A stretch of 64,000 bases of DNA from Rickettsiales bacterium (lineage in GTDB: Bacteria > Pseudomonadota > Alphaproteobacteria > Methylaequorales > Methylaequoraceae), in NCBI GenBank assembly GCA_002691145.1, contig NZHE01000024.1, positions 8,094 through 72,093 of the forward strand, given 5' to 3'. The position numbers and the translations under genes are program-made. This document shows, piece after piece, positions 49,221 through 59,311 of this stretch (position 1 is its first letter; the number at the start of each line of letters is the position of its first letter). Below the pieces are notes generated by a model. That model saw nothing but the letters and a program-made list of their open reading frames with translations. It ran no database searches and was not told the origin of the DNA.

Positions 49221-50121
49221 ATAAAATTCCGTCTAAAATTTTTTCATGTGTATAACATTTCAATTTATTTTCACGAGCATAAGAAACAACAAATCCTGAC
49301 AACCAATTTAATTCAAGTTTTTTTTTATTTGTGAAATCTAAATACATTGAAGATGTCATTTGGTATGGCATATTTTTTATTTTTGTTTTCCAAACTTCTA
49401 CTGGATCATTCTTGAATTTAATTTTAAATCTCTTTGAAACTTCGTAAGTTTCTGTCATAGCTTTGATAAACATTTTCTCCAATTTACTATCATCAAATAT
49501 CTCTCCGATTGTCTTTGAAGTAAGAGTAGTTATACCACTGTAGGCTGATAGAAATATAAATTTCTCCCATAATTTTGCAGAAATATTATCAGTTAATCTT
49601 AAGTCTAGTCCTATTTTTCTTGCATCTTGTACAAAATTTTTTAATTTATCGTTAATGTTGTTGGTTACATATCCACCAACAAAAAAAGTGGCCAACTTAC
49701 CAATGTGAACGACTTCAAAGTTTGGGTTTAAAAAACATGAAATTTGAGCAACTGCTCCGTAAGTATTTAACTTCCCAAAAAACTTTAAAATTTTCTCTTC
49801 TGAATAAACACCATTTTGAAATGGTAAAATTATGATATCTTTATTTAATTTGTTTCTAATTTCTTCTAAAGCTGATTCAAAATCATAGAGTTTTACAGCT
49901 AAAATAACAAAATCATACGCCTCGCCATTTGATAACGAATCTTTTACATTTATTTTTTCAAATTTCAAGTTATGCACATCACTTCTTAAGACGATACCCT
50001 TTTTTTTTAGGGATTCATATTTATCGTGCCTTGACAGAAAAGTAATCTCGTAATTTGTTTTCAGTAGTAAAGAACCTAGATAACCACCGATTCCACCAAC
50101 TCCATAAATCAAAATTTTCAT
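49213..50121 (-). CDS. panE: 2-dehydropantoate 2-reductase (ApbA/PanE family)
   Basis: 'MKILIYGVGGIGGYLGSLL' Rossmann N-terminus and the C-terminal ApbA-type helical domain. Confidence 0.6.
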   Translation of the reverse strand: MKILIYGVGGIGGYLGSLLLKTNYEITFLSRHDKYESLKKKGIVLRSDVHNLKFEKINVKDSLSNGEAYDFVILAVKLYDFESALEEIRNKLNKDIIILPFQNGVYSEEKILKFFGKLNTYGAVAQISCFLNPNFEVVHIGKLATFFVGGYVTNNINDKLKNFVQDARKIGLDLRLTDNISAKLWEKFIFLSAYSGITTLTSKTIGEIFDDSKLEKMFIKAMTETYEVSKRFKIKFKNDPVEVWKTKIKNMPYQMTSSMYLDFTNKKKLELNWLSGFVVSYARENKLKCYTHEKILDGILSK

Positions 50122-51338
50122 TATTCTAAATGGCTTACTGCTTCTTTAATCTTCTTAATTGCAAAGTCAAGTTGCTTCATAGAAGAGGCATAAGAAATTC
50201 TAAAATATGGAGATTTCCCAAATGCTACACCAGGAACAACTGCCACACCTGCCTGTTCTAAAAGATAATCAGCAAAGTCGAGATCAGATTTAATTTCCTG
50301 ACCATTTTTTCTTTTTTTTGATAATAATCCCTGACATGAAACAAATAAATAAAAAGCACCTTTAGGTTTTAAACACTTAAGTCCTTTGATTTGATTAAAA
50401 GAATTGAAAACAAACTCTCTTCTTTTTGTAAATTGATCAATCCAGTCTTTTAAAAATTCTTTATTCGATGAAAGAGCTGCAATAGCAGCCATTTGACTAA
50501 TTGATGAGGGATTAGTGGTACTTTGTGACTGAATTTTTGACATACAGTTTATCAATTCTTTAGATCCAGCTCCATAACCAATCCGCCATCCTGTCATGGA
50601 ATATGCTTTTGAAACACCATTAACTATAAAACTTCTTTCATACAGCGATGGTTCTACATTGATTATGTTGTAAAACTCATAATCATCATATATGATATGC
50701 TCATATATATCATCAGAAAGTATCCAGACATTTTCATGTTTCATTAATACCTTTGCAATTTCCGATAACTCTGTTTTTGTATAAACTGAACCTGTAGGAT
50801 TTGAAGGAGAATTTACTATGACCCATTTGGTATTTTTATTAATTGCTTTTTCTAGTTTATTTGCTGAAATTTTAAAATTTTCATCTTCATTTGTTTCAAT
50901 AATTATCGGCTTTCCTCCACATAGTGAAACGATTTCAGGATAAGAAACCCAATATGGTGAGGGAATTATTACTTCATCATTTGTATTTAGAGTTGACATG
51001 AATAAATTATAAATTACGTGCTTTCCCCCAACACCGACAGTTATTTGCTCAGTATTGTATTCAATTAAATTATCAATTTTAAACTTTTCTACAATAGCTT
51101 CTTTTAAGCTGATTACCCCGTCTACTGCTGTATACTTAGTAAATCCCTCGTTAATTGCGCTTATAGCTTTTTGTTTTATGTGTAATGGTGTATCAAAATC
51201 AGGTTCTCCCGAACTTAAACTGACAATCTCTTTTCCAACTCTTTTAAGTTCTCTTGCTTTCTGACTAATTTTAACAGTTAATGAGGGTTTAAATTTATTC
51301 AATTTTTCGGAAAAAAATGACATATAATATCTAATCAA
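50121..51338 (-). CDS. aatA: aspartate aminotransferase (class I PLP-dependent)
   Basis: 'ARELKRVGKEIVSLSSGEPDFDTP...KYTAVDGV' closely follows alphaproteobacterial AatA; PLP-lysine region 'SKAYSMTGWRIGY'. Confidence 0.8.
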   Translation of the reverse strand: MIRYYMSFFSEKLNKFKPSLTVKISQKARELKRVGKEIVSLSSGEPDFDTPLHIKQKAISAINEGFTKYTAVDGVISLKEAIVEKFKIDNLIEYNTEQITVGVGGKHVIYNLFMSTLNTNDEVIIPSPYWVSYPEIVSLCGGKPIIIETNEDENFKISANKLEKAINKNTKWVIVNSPSNPTGSVYTKTELSEIAKVLMKHENVWILSDDIYEHIIYDDYEFYNIINVEPSLYERSFIVNGVSKAYSMTGWRIGYGAGSKELINCMSKIQSQSTTNPSSISQMAAIAALSSNKEFLKDWIDQFTKRREFVFNSFNQIKGLKCLKPKGAFYLFVSCQGLLSKKRKNGQEIKSDLDFADYLLEQAGVAVVPGVAFGKSPYFRISYASSMKQLDFAIKKIKEAVSHLE

Positions 51339-51389
51339 AAATAAAAATTTAAAAAAGTGATTTTTTAATTATATAATAAGTTTTATATA

Positions 51390-53420
51390 ATGTTGTTAGA
51401 AATGAAAGTAAATTTACAAAAAAAGAAACTTTTTAATAATAATTATGCAAAAGATTTTTGTATCAAAAGTGATTTTGAACCTGCAGGAGATCAACCTCAA
51501 GCCATAAAACAGTTATGCAAGGGTTTAACTAATAAAAAAATGGATCAGGTACTTTTAGGTGTGACAGGTTCTGGGAAAACTTTCACGATGGCTAACGTAA
51601 TAAACAAATTACAACGACCTGCCTTAATTTTTGCACCAAACAAAATACTAGCAGCGCAATTATATAGTGAAATGAAAAATTTTTTTCCTGATAATCGTGT
51701 TGAATACTTTGTATCATACTACGATTACTATACCCCGGAAGCTTATATACCCAGATCAGATACATACATAGAGAAAGAATCTGCAATCAACGAGCAAATT
51801 GATAGAATGAGACATGCAGCAACTCGCGCTATTTTAGAAAGAAATGATACTATTATTGTTGCTAGTGTCTCATGTATATATGGAATTGGCTCTGTTGATT
51901 CATATTCGGAGATGACTTTTAAAATAGAAAAAAATAAAAATTTTGATCTGGAGAAAATAAAACTCAAACTTGTTGAACTTCAGTATAAAAGGAATGACCA
52001 AAATTTTGTTAGGGGTACTTTTAGAAATAGAGGCGATGTTTTAGAAATATTTCCTGCTCATCTAGAAGATAGAGCCTGGAGAATTTCTTTTTTTTCAGAT
52101 TTTATTGAAGAAATCAATGAGTTTGATCCACTTACTGGTCAAGTTCATGAACAACTTCAAAATATAACTGTTTATGCCAACAGTCATTATGTAACTCCAA
52201 AACCATCTCTTAATAAAGCAATTCAGACTATTAAATCCGAATTAAAAGAAAGAATAAAATTTTTTGAAAAAAGTAAACAACTCATTGAATGTCAGAGAAT
52301 TGAACAGAGAACTCAATTTGATTTAGAAATGATGATTGCTACCGGCTCCTGTTCTGGAATTGAAAATTATTCTCGTCATTTGACTGGAAGAAAAAAAGGA
52401 CAACCACCACCGACTTTATTCGAATATCTACCCGAAAATACAATTATATTCATTGATGAATCACATGTAACTATTCCTCAAATTGGTGCTATGTTCAAAG
52501 GTGATAGATCCAGAAAATCAACATTGTCTGAGCATGGTTTTAGATTACCGTCATGCAAAGACAATAGACCTTTGATGTTTGAAGAGTGGGAAAAATTTAA
52601 GGGCCAAACTATATATGTTTCTGCCACTCCAGGAACTTGGGAACTGAATAAAACTCAGGGTGCTTTTGTAGAACAAGTTGTAAGGCCTACAGGTTTAATA
52701 GAACCAAAATGTGTTATAAGACCTGCTAAAAATCAAGTGGAAGACTTAATTGAGGAATGTAAAAAAAAAATTAAAAATAAATTAAGAGTTCTTGTAACCA
52801 CATTAACTAAAAGGATGGCTGAGGATTTGACCGAATATATGAATGAATCTAATGTTTTAGCAAAGTATATGCATTCTGATATTGACACAATTGAAAGGAT
52901 GGAGATTATAAAAGATTTACGAACAGGGGCCTTTGATGTATTGATTGGTATTAATCTTTTAAGAGAAGGATTAGACATACCTGAATGTGGACTTGTGGCA
53001 GTGTTGGATGCAGACAAGGAGGGTTTTTTGAGATCCAAAGTTTCGTTAATCCAGACTGTTGGACGCGCCGCGAGGAATCTTGATGGAGAAGTGATTCTTT
53101 ATGCGGATAGAATGACAAGGTCTATTGAAGAAACCATACAAGAAACAGATAGAAGAAGAAAAAAACAAATTAATTATAACAAATTAAATGGGATTACTCC
53201 AAAAACCACATCAAGAAAAATAATTGAAGTAGAAAAAGAATATCGTAGTAATCCTAAAACAAAATCTAACAAAAAACAACTTGTTGGTAATAATCTCAAA
53301 ATTCATATTTCTGAATTAAAAAAAGATATGCTAAGGTTTGCTGAAGAGCTAAACTTTGAAAAAGCTGCCGAAATAAGAGATGAGATAAGTAAATTAGAAA
53401 AAAAAGATATTGGTGTTTAA
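51390..53420 (+). CDS. uvrB: excinuclease ABC subunit B
   Basis: 'LLGVTGSGKTFTMA' Walker A, 'YVSATPG', helicase motifs and the C-terminal UVR domain 'KAAEIRDEISKLEKK'. Confidence 0.9.
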   Translation: MLLEMKVNLQKKKLFNNNYAKDFCIKSDFEPAGDQPQAIKQLCKGLTNKKMDQVLLGVTGSGKTFTMANVINKLQRPALIFAPNKILAAQLYSEMKNFFPDNRVEYFVSYYDYYTPEAYIPRSDTYIEKESAINEQIDRMRHAATRAILERNDTIIVASVSCIYGIGSVDSYSEMTFKIEKNKNFDLEKIKLKLVELQYKRNDQNFVRGTFRNRGDVLEIFPAHLEDRAWRISFFSDFIEEINEFDPLTGQVHEQLQNITVYANSHYVTPKPSLNKAIQTIKSELKERIKFFEKSKQLIECQRIEQRTQFDLEMMIATGSCSGIENYSRHLTGRKKGQPPPTLFEYLPENTIIFIDESHVTIPQIGAMFKGDRSRKSTLSEHGFRLPSCKDNRPLMFEEWEKFKGQTIYVSATPGTWELNKTQGAFVEQVVRPTGLIEPKCVIRPAKNQVEDLIEECKKKIKNKLRVLVTTLTKRMAEDLTEYMNESNVLAKYMHSDIDTIERMEIIKDLRTGAFDVLIGINLLREGLDIPECGLVAVLDADKEGFLRSKVSLIQTVGRAARNLDGEVILYADRMTRSIEETIQETDRRRKKQINYNKLNGITPKTTSRKIIEVEKEYRSNPKTKSNKKQLVGNNLKIHISELKKDMLRFAEELNFEKAAEIRDEISKLEKKDIGV

Positions 53421-54175
53421 TGTCTAAAACAGCGCTTATTACTGGGGCCTCTAAAAGAATAGGCAGATCTATCGCTATTAATCTTGCCAACCAAGGTTAT
53501 AATATAGTAGTTCATTTTAATAATTCAAAAACTGATGCCCAAAAATTAGTCAAAGAAATAAAAAATATTGGAGTTGAAGCTTTTTCAATACCTTTAGATC
53601 TCAATAAGACATCTAAAATTAAGGGCTTTTTTGATGATGTAATAAAGAGGGCAAAAAATATTCAACTTTTAATAAATAATGCATCACTTTTTGAATTTGA
53701 TAATTTAAATAACTTATCAGAAAAAAGTTTTGATGATCATATCAATATAAACTTAAAAGCTCCTATATTACTCTCAAAATATTTTATTAAAAATTTGGGA
53801 AAAAAAAAAGGTTCTATCATAAATATGCTGGATCAAAGGGTTACAAATATTACACCATACTTTTTATCATACACCATAAGCAAAGTTGGACTTTATGCCT
53901 TTACTAAAAATCAAGCTTTATCTCTTGCCCCAAATATCAGGGTGAATGCAATTTCTCCAGGCCCAACTTTAAAAAGCACAAGACAAAATTTAAAACAGTT
54001 TAATGAGCAAATAAAAAGAACTCCACTTAAAAATAAAGTATCTCTCGACGATATCAATGATGGAATTAATTTTTTAAATAAAAATCAAAGTGTCACAGGA
54101 CAGGTACTATATCTTGACAGTGGACAAAATTTAGGATGGGCTCATACTAGATCCAAAAAATTTAAAGACGATTAA
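53420..54175 (+). CDS. SDR-family oxidoreductase, pteridine-reductase (FolM/PTR1)-like
   Basis: 'ALITGASKRIGRSIA' cofactor motif, 'YTISK' YxxxK catalytic dyad and 'NIRVNAISPGPTL'. Confidence 0.6.
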   Translation: MSKTALITGASKRIGRSIAINLANQGYNIVVHFNNSKTDAQKLVKEIKNIGVEAFSIPLDLNKTSKIKGFFDDVIKRAKNIQLLINNASLFEFDNLNNLSEKSFDDHININLKAPILLSKYFIKNLGKKKGSIINMLDQRVTNITPYFLSYTISKVGLYAFTKNQALSLAPNIRVNAISPGPTLKSTRQNLKQFNEQIKRTPLKNKVSLDDINDGINFLNKNQSVTGQVLYLDSGQNLGWAHTRSKKFKDD

Positions 54176-54478
54176 AAAAGACTTGACATCATTTTAAAGT
54201 TGTACACACCTAAGTTTATAGTTTTTTTTTAAGGAATTTAATGTTTTATTTTTTTTTTATGATCTAATTAATTGTCGATTAATGTAAAAAATGTAAGTAT
54301 ATCAATAACTTAAAATATTGCCTATTTTTTAATCATTTTGTCTAAACCCCTATGTTTATTAGATTTAACATATTTAAACAAGTTATATCAACAAGGTTAT
54401 CCACAGTTTTAGTGGATAGTATTTAATTAAATTAATTTGTAATATAAAATCATGAAAAATATAAAATTTAATTAGAAA

Positions 54479-56317
54479 ATGAAGTTTAATTTTCAAGAAG
54501 GTATTAAAAAGATAAAAAAATCTGTAAACGTTTGTCCTAAAGGTCCAGGCATTTATCAATTTATCGATAAAAATAACAAAGTTCTCTATATTGGGAAAGC
54601 AAAAAAGCTTTCAAATAGGATTCGTTCATATTTAAATTTCAACACGCAAAGTAATAGAATAAAAAAAATGATTGGACTTGTTGATAAAGTAAAGTTTATA
54701 AAAACTCACACAGAGGTAGATGCATTAATACTCGAAAGTAACCTTATAAAAGATGTCAAGCCTACATTTAATATAAGATTAATAGACGATAAAACTTTTC
54801 CATTCATTTTAATAAATCAATCCTCAGAATGGTCGAGAATTCAAAAATATAGAGGAGCCAAAAATCAAAAGGGATTCTACTTCGGTCCGTTTGCAAATGT
54901 TCAATCTTTAGAAAAAACCATTACAATTCTAGAAAAGGGATTTCTAATAAGATCATGCTCAGACTCAGAATTTCAAAATAGAAAAAGACCTTGTTTACTT
55001 TACCAAATAAAAAGATGTTCAGCTCCCTGCGTGAATCTCATCGACAAGGAAACCTACAACAATTTGGTTGAACAGGCAATTTCATTTTTAAAAGGAAAAA
55101 ATAAGAAACTAAAAACTGCTTTAATAACAAGAATGGAGCAAGCAAGTAAAAATCAAGATTATGAAAAAGCAGTTATATTTAGAGATAGAATTCAAGCAAT
55201 TACAAAAATTTCTCAAGAGCAATACTCAATATTAAATGATAAAAATGATTTTGATATTATTAGTTCAATAAAAAAGAACGACTTAGTGTGTATAAACGTA
55301 TTTTTTTTTAGAAATGGAAGAAACTTAGGAAACAAAGAATATTTTTTTGAAAATCAGAAGGAAAAGAGTGCAGAACTTATAATGGAGGAATTCATAGGTT
55401 TGTTTTATATAAAAAATCCAAATCCAGGGCTAGTCATCTTAAATAAAAAAATCAAAAACAAGGAACTCATTGAAGAGGCAATAAGCACTAATCGTGGGAC
55501 AAATCTTAAAATTATTTTTCCCAAAAAAGGGAAAAAAAGTGATCTTATAAAAATGACTGAAAATAATATTAGTAATTCAATTGAAAAATTTGTAAACAAT
55601 TCAAAGGATTCAAATGAACTTATTAGCGAACTTTCTAAAACATTTAAGTTAAATACAGTGCCAAAAAGAATTGAGATTTATGACAATAGTCACTTGCAAG
55701 GTACCAATCCTGTAGGTGCAATGGTTGTTTACAAAAATTATCAATTTTTCAGGGAGGGTTACAGAATTTTTAATATTAAGACTGATAAAAAAGTAATGAT
55801 GGATGACTATAGTATGATGAATCAAACTATTGATAGGAGATTTACAATTGAAAAAGGTAAGTCTTCATGGAAATCAGAATTACCAGACTTAATAATAATT
55901 GATGGAGGAAGAGGTCATCTAAATGTGATAAAGAATCTTATGAATGCAAAAAGTTTCAACATTGATATTATTGCAATCGCAAAAGGAAAAAAAAGGAATG
56001 CTGGCAATGAAACAATTTACTTTAACAATAAAAGTTTTAATCTAGAAAAAAATAATAAAATATTATATTTTCTGCAAAGATTAAGAGATGAAGCTCATCG
56101 ATTTGCAATCTCAAATCAAAAATATAGAAGAAAAATGAATGTAAAAAACTCAATTTTCGATAATATTTACGGAATTGGAAGTAAAACTAAAAAAAATCTA
56201 CTTTCATATTTTGGATCAATAGATAATATAAAAACAGCTGGGATAAGAGATCTTGAGAATGTTTCTGGTGTTGGTAAAGCAATGGCAATAAAAATTTATA
56301 AAGAATTTAATGAATAA
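54479..56317 (+). CDS. uvrC: excinuclease ABC subunit C
   Basis: GIY-YIG 'GPGIYQFIDKNNKVLYIGKAKKLSNRIRSY', UvrBC-interaction and RNaseH-like endonuclease domains, C-terminal (HhH)2. Confidence 0.9.
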   Translation: MKFNFQEGIKKIKKSVNVCPKGPGIYQFIDKNNKVLYIGKAKKLSNRIRSYLNFNTQSNRIKKMIGLVDKVKFIKTHTEVDALILESNLIKDVKPTFNIRLIDDKTFPFILINQSSEWSRIQKYRGAKNQKGFYFGPFANVQSLEKTITILEKGFLIRSCSDSEFQNRKRPCLLYQIKRCSAPCVNLIDKETYNNLVEQAISFLKGKNKKLKTALITRMEQASKNQDYEKAVIFRDRIQAITKISQEQYSILNDKNDFDIISSIKKNDLVCINVFFFRNGRNLGNKEYFFENQKEKSAELIMEEFIGLFYIKNPNPGLVILNKKIKNKELIEEAISTNRGTNLKIIFPKKGKKSDLIKMTENNISNSIEKFVNNSKDSNELISELSKTFKLNTVPKRIEIYDNSHLQGTNPVGAMVVYKNYQFFREGYRIFNIKTDKKVMMDDYSMMNQTIDRRFTIEKGKSSWKSELPDLIIIDGGRGHLNVIKNLMNAKSFNIDIIAIAKGKKRNAGNETIYFNNKSFNLEKNNKILYFLQRLRDEAHRFAISNQKYRRKMNVKNSIFDNIYGIGSKTKKNLLSYFGSIDNIKTAGIRDLENVSGVGKAMAIKIYKEFNE

Positions 56318-56861
56318 AATTAGATTATCAGATATTCCAAACTTTCTTACACTTTTCAGAATATTTAGTATACCAATTATAATTTTGTGCTTATTACCTC
56401 AAAATGTTATTTTTAACTGGTTTGCATTAATACTTTACTTCTTTGCATGCATAAGTGATTTTTTTGATGGATTTATTGCAAGAAGATATAATTATGAAAG
56501 TAAATTTGGAAAATTATTTGATCCCATAGCAGATAAAGTCTTAGTAATTTCAGTAATATTTATTTTAGTTGTAATTGAAAAAATTAATGGTTTATATGTT
56601 TTCCCTGCTTTAATAATTATAATTAGAGAAATAATGGTTTCTGGTTTAAGGGAATTTATCTCTAAAACAAAAACACATATAAACGTAACTTATTTATCAA
56701 AATTTAAAACTACAATTCAAATGTTTTCATTAGGCTTTATAATAATAGGAAATGATTTTGAGTATCTTAAATTTACTCATGAAATTGGTGAAATAGGTTT
56801 GCTAATTTCCTCGATCATAACTATTTATACCGGGTACATTTATTTTAAAGAGAATTATTGA
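56310..56861 (+). CDS. pgsA: CDP-diacylglycerol--glycerol-3-phosphate 3-phosphatidyltransferase
   Basis: CDP-alcohol phosphatidyltransferase motif 'DFFDGFIARRYNYESKFGKLFDPIADK'; conserved uvrC-pgsA pairing. Confidence 0.8.
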   Translation: MNKIRLSDIPNFLTLFRIFSIPIIILCLLPQNVIFNWFALILYFFACISDFFDGFIARRYNYESKFGKLFDPIADKVLVISVIFILVVIEKINGLYVFPALIIIIREIMVSGLREFISKTKTHINVTYLSKFKTTIQMFSLGFIIIGNDFEYLKFTHEIGEIGLLISSIITIYTGYIYFKENY

Positions 56862-56870
56862 TAAAGAATT

Positions 56871-57389
56871 ATGTTTGTTTTTGGATTTTGTGGTTGGAGT
56901 GGTAGCGGAAAAACGGACTTGATTTGTAGAATTATTTCTAGCCTAAACAAAAAAAGGATTTCAGTCTCAACTATCAAACATACCCACCACGATGTTACTA
57001 TTGACAAAACTGGTAAAGATAGTTTTAAGCACAAAGAAAGTGGAGCTAAAGAAGTTTTGTTTGGGGGTGGAAGTAATTGGACCTTAATTCATACTGGAAA
57101 AGCTAGTTACGAATATCAAGTGAATGATTTGATAAAAAAAATGTCTAAAGACAATGATTTAATCATTGTAGAGGGATTTAAAAAAAGCAAGATACCAAAG
57201 CTAGAAGTTTATAACAGTCAACGAAATAAAACAATTCTTGCCAAAGGAAACGATAGTATTGTTGGAATAGTATGTGATAAAATCAGCGCAGAAGTTAAGG
57301 GGCTTGGAATCCCGGTATTTGACTTTCATGAAACAGAGAAAATTAGTAATTTTATTATAGAATACAAGAGTAAAAATGAAAAAAAATAA
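56871..57389 (+). CDS. mobB: molybdopterin-guanine dinucleotide biosynthesis adapter MobB
   Basis: 'FGFCGWSGSGKTDLICRII' P-loop and 'IVEGFK' motif. Confidence 0.7.
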   Translation: MFVFGFCGWSGSGKTDLICRIISSLNKKRISVSTIKHTHHDVTIDKTGKDSFKHKESGAKEVLFGGGSNWTLIHTGKASYEYQVNDLIKKMSKDNDLIIVEGFKKSKIPKLEVYNSQRNKTILAKGNDSIVGIVCDKISAEVKGLGIPVFDFHETEKISNFIIEYKSKNEKK

Positions 57390-58626
57390 CTGTTTTGACT
57401 TAAGTACTCTTACAGAGGTAGGAAAAGCAAAAAGGTTGATGCTTAAAGGCATAAAATCCATAAAAAAAGTAGAATCTATAAGATTGATTGATGCTGTCGG
57501 AAGAATTTTAGCTAAAAACATTGTATCAAATTTTAATATTCCTCCTTATGATAATGCAGCTGTAGACGGATATGCGTTTAATTTGAAAGATTCCTTAAAA
57601 AAAAATAAACTTAAAATTATTGGTACATCAAAACCGGGTGAACCTTTCTTAAAAAATATTAAATCTGGTGAGGGGATAAAAATTTTTACCGGCGCTCCAA
57701 TTATCTATTCAAAAAAAGGCTTGAAAATAAATAAAATATTGATGGAAGAAGAGTGTAAAATCAAAGATGATTATATTATTTTACCAGGTCAAATCGACGA
57801 AAAATCAAATATTAGACCTAAAGGTGAAGATATTAAAAAAGATTTGGTTACAATTAAAAAAGGAAGAAAAATAAGATCAGTCGATTTGGGCTATTTTGCA
57901 TCTATGGGCTTAAAACATATACCTGTTTATAAAAAATTAAAAGTGGGTATTTTTTCTTCTGGAAACGAATTATCAAGAAAAAAACAAATAAGTAAATTCC
58001 AAATATTTGATAGTAATAAAATTACTTTAATTTCTCTATTTACCGCGATTGGCTGCGAGTCTATAGATCTTGGTACATTAAGCGATAATTATGATTCGGT
58101 AAAAAAAGGTTTAAAATCTTCAACTGAGTTGTGTGATATAATCGTTACAACTGGTGGTATTTCTTCAAGCAAAACAGATAAAATAATTGATGTATTTAAA
58201 GATTTTGGGAAGATAAATTTTTGGAGATTGGCTATAAAGCCAGGAAGACCATTAGCATTTGGAAAATTAAATAATATTCCATTTTTTGGTCTACCTGGAA
58301 ATCCTGTGGCAGTTATAGTATGTTTTTTTATGCTAATCTGCGAGTATATAAATATTGTAAATGGAAGAATCGGATATAAATTACCCTACAATCAGGTTTC
58401 AGCTGGGTTTAGCTTTACAAAAAAAATTGGAAGAACTGAATGGCTAAGAGGTTCAATAAAAAAAATTAAAAAACAAACTCAACTTGTAAAATATGAAAAA
58501 CAAGGTTCCGGAATATTATCCTCAGTCTTTAAAAGTCAGGGAATAATTGAGTTAGAATCAAATATAAAAATCATAAATAAGGGAGAAAAATTAAAATTTT
58601 ATAATTTTGAGGAGATGTTAAAGTGA
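57376..58626 (+). CDS. moeA: molybdopterin molybdotransferase MoeA
   Basis: 'PPYDNAAVDGYAF' and 'IVTTGGISSSKTD' (GGxSxG.xD) MoeA motifs. Confidence 0.8.
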   Translation: MKKNNCFDLSTLTEVGKAKRLMLKGIKSIKKVESIRLIDAVGRILAKNIVSNFNIPPYDNAAVDGYAFNLKDSLKKNKLKIIGTSKPGEPFLKNIKSGEGIKIFTGAPIIYSKKGLKINKILMEEECKIKDDYIILPGQIDEKSNIRPKGEDIKKDLVTIKKGRKIRSVDLGYFASMGLKHIPVYKKLKVGIFSSGNELSRKKQISKFQIFDSNKITLISLFTAIGCESIDLGTLSDNYDSVKKGLKSSTELCDIIVTTGGISSSKTDKIIDVFKDFGKINFWRLAIKPGRPLAFGKLNNIPFFGLPGNPVAVIVCFFMLICEYINIVNGRIGYKLPYNQVSAGFSFTKKIGRTEWLRGSIKKIKKQTQLVKYEKQGSGILSSVFKSQGIIELESNIKIINKGEKLKFYNFEEMLK

Positions 58627-58871
58627 AAATTTTTTATTTTGCTAGTTTAAGACAAATAGTAGGAACATCCGAAGAAAATTTTAAAATTGATCGTAGTTAT
58701 ACTGTAAAAGATTTAATTCAACTTCTCAGGAAAAGAGATGAAAATTTTAAAATTGCTTTTAAAGATCTTTCAAAAATAAAGTGTGCAGTGAATAGGCAAT
58801 ATGTTAGTTTAGAAAAGCTAATTACTGATGAGGACGAAATATCTTTTTTTCCTCCAGTGACGGGAGGTTAA
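58623..58871 (+). CDS. moaD: molybdopterin synthase sulfur-carrier subunit MoaD
   Basis: 82-aa ubiquitin-like protein ending in the obligatory C-terminal Gly-Gly ('...FFPPVTGG*'). Confidence 0.8.
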   Translation: MKIFYFASLRQIVGTSEENFKIDRSYTVKDLIQLLRKRDENFKIAFKDLSKIKCAVNRQYVSLEKLITDEDEISFFPPVTGG

Positions 58872-58872
58872 A

Positions 58873-59307
58873 ATAGTAAAAATTCAAACGCAAAATTTTA
58901 ATTATTCGAAAGAGGTTGAAAATTTTTCAAAAAAAAACTTTTCCAGTGGAGCAATTTCCTCATTTCTTGGAAAAGTAAAACAAAATTCCGAAAATGGAAC
59001 AGTTTCCTCAATAGATATTGAGAATTATATGGAAATGACAAAGTATCAACTTAAAATTATAATTAATGATATAAAGAAAAAATATTTTATAGATGATTAT
59101 TTAATAATTCATAGATTTGGTAAAATTAATGTTGGAGACAATATTGTTTTGATTCTAGTTGCAAGTAAGCACAGAAAAGATAGTTTAGGTGCAACAGAAG
59201 ATATAATTAATTGGCTGAAAATAAAGGCAACATTTTGGAAGAAAGAAAATACAGATAAAGGAGAATTCTGGTTAGATCAAAAACCTGAAGACTCACTTCA
59301 TGAATAA
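58873..59307 (+). CDS. moaE: molybdopterin synthase catalytic subunit MoaE (5' end uncertain; no canonical start codon upstream of the conserved N-terminal region)
   Basis: The frame is open from 58861. It encodes 'GAISSFLGKVKQ...IENYMEM...HRFGKINVGDNIVLILVASKHR...FWKKE', collinear with E. coli MoaE 'GAVVTFTGKVRN...LEHYPGM...HRIGEL.PGD.IVFVGVTSAHR...FWKRE'. The first ATG (59029) falls inside the conserved core. Confidence 0.6.
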   Translation: MVKIQTQNFNYSKEVENFSKKNFSSGAISSFLGKVKQNSENGTVSSIDIENYMEMTKYQLKIIINDIKKKYFIDDYLIIHRFGKINVGDNIVLILVASKHRKDSLGATEDIINWLKIKATFWKKENTDKGEFWLDQKPEDSLHE

Positions 59308-59311
59308 ATAA

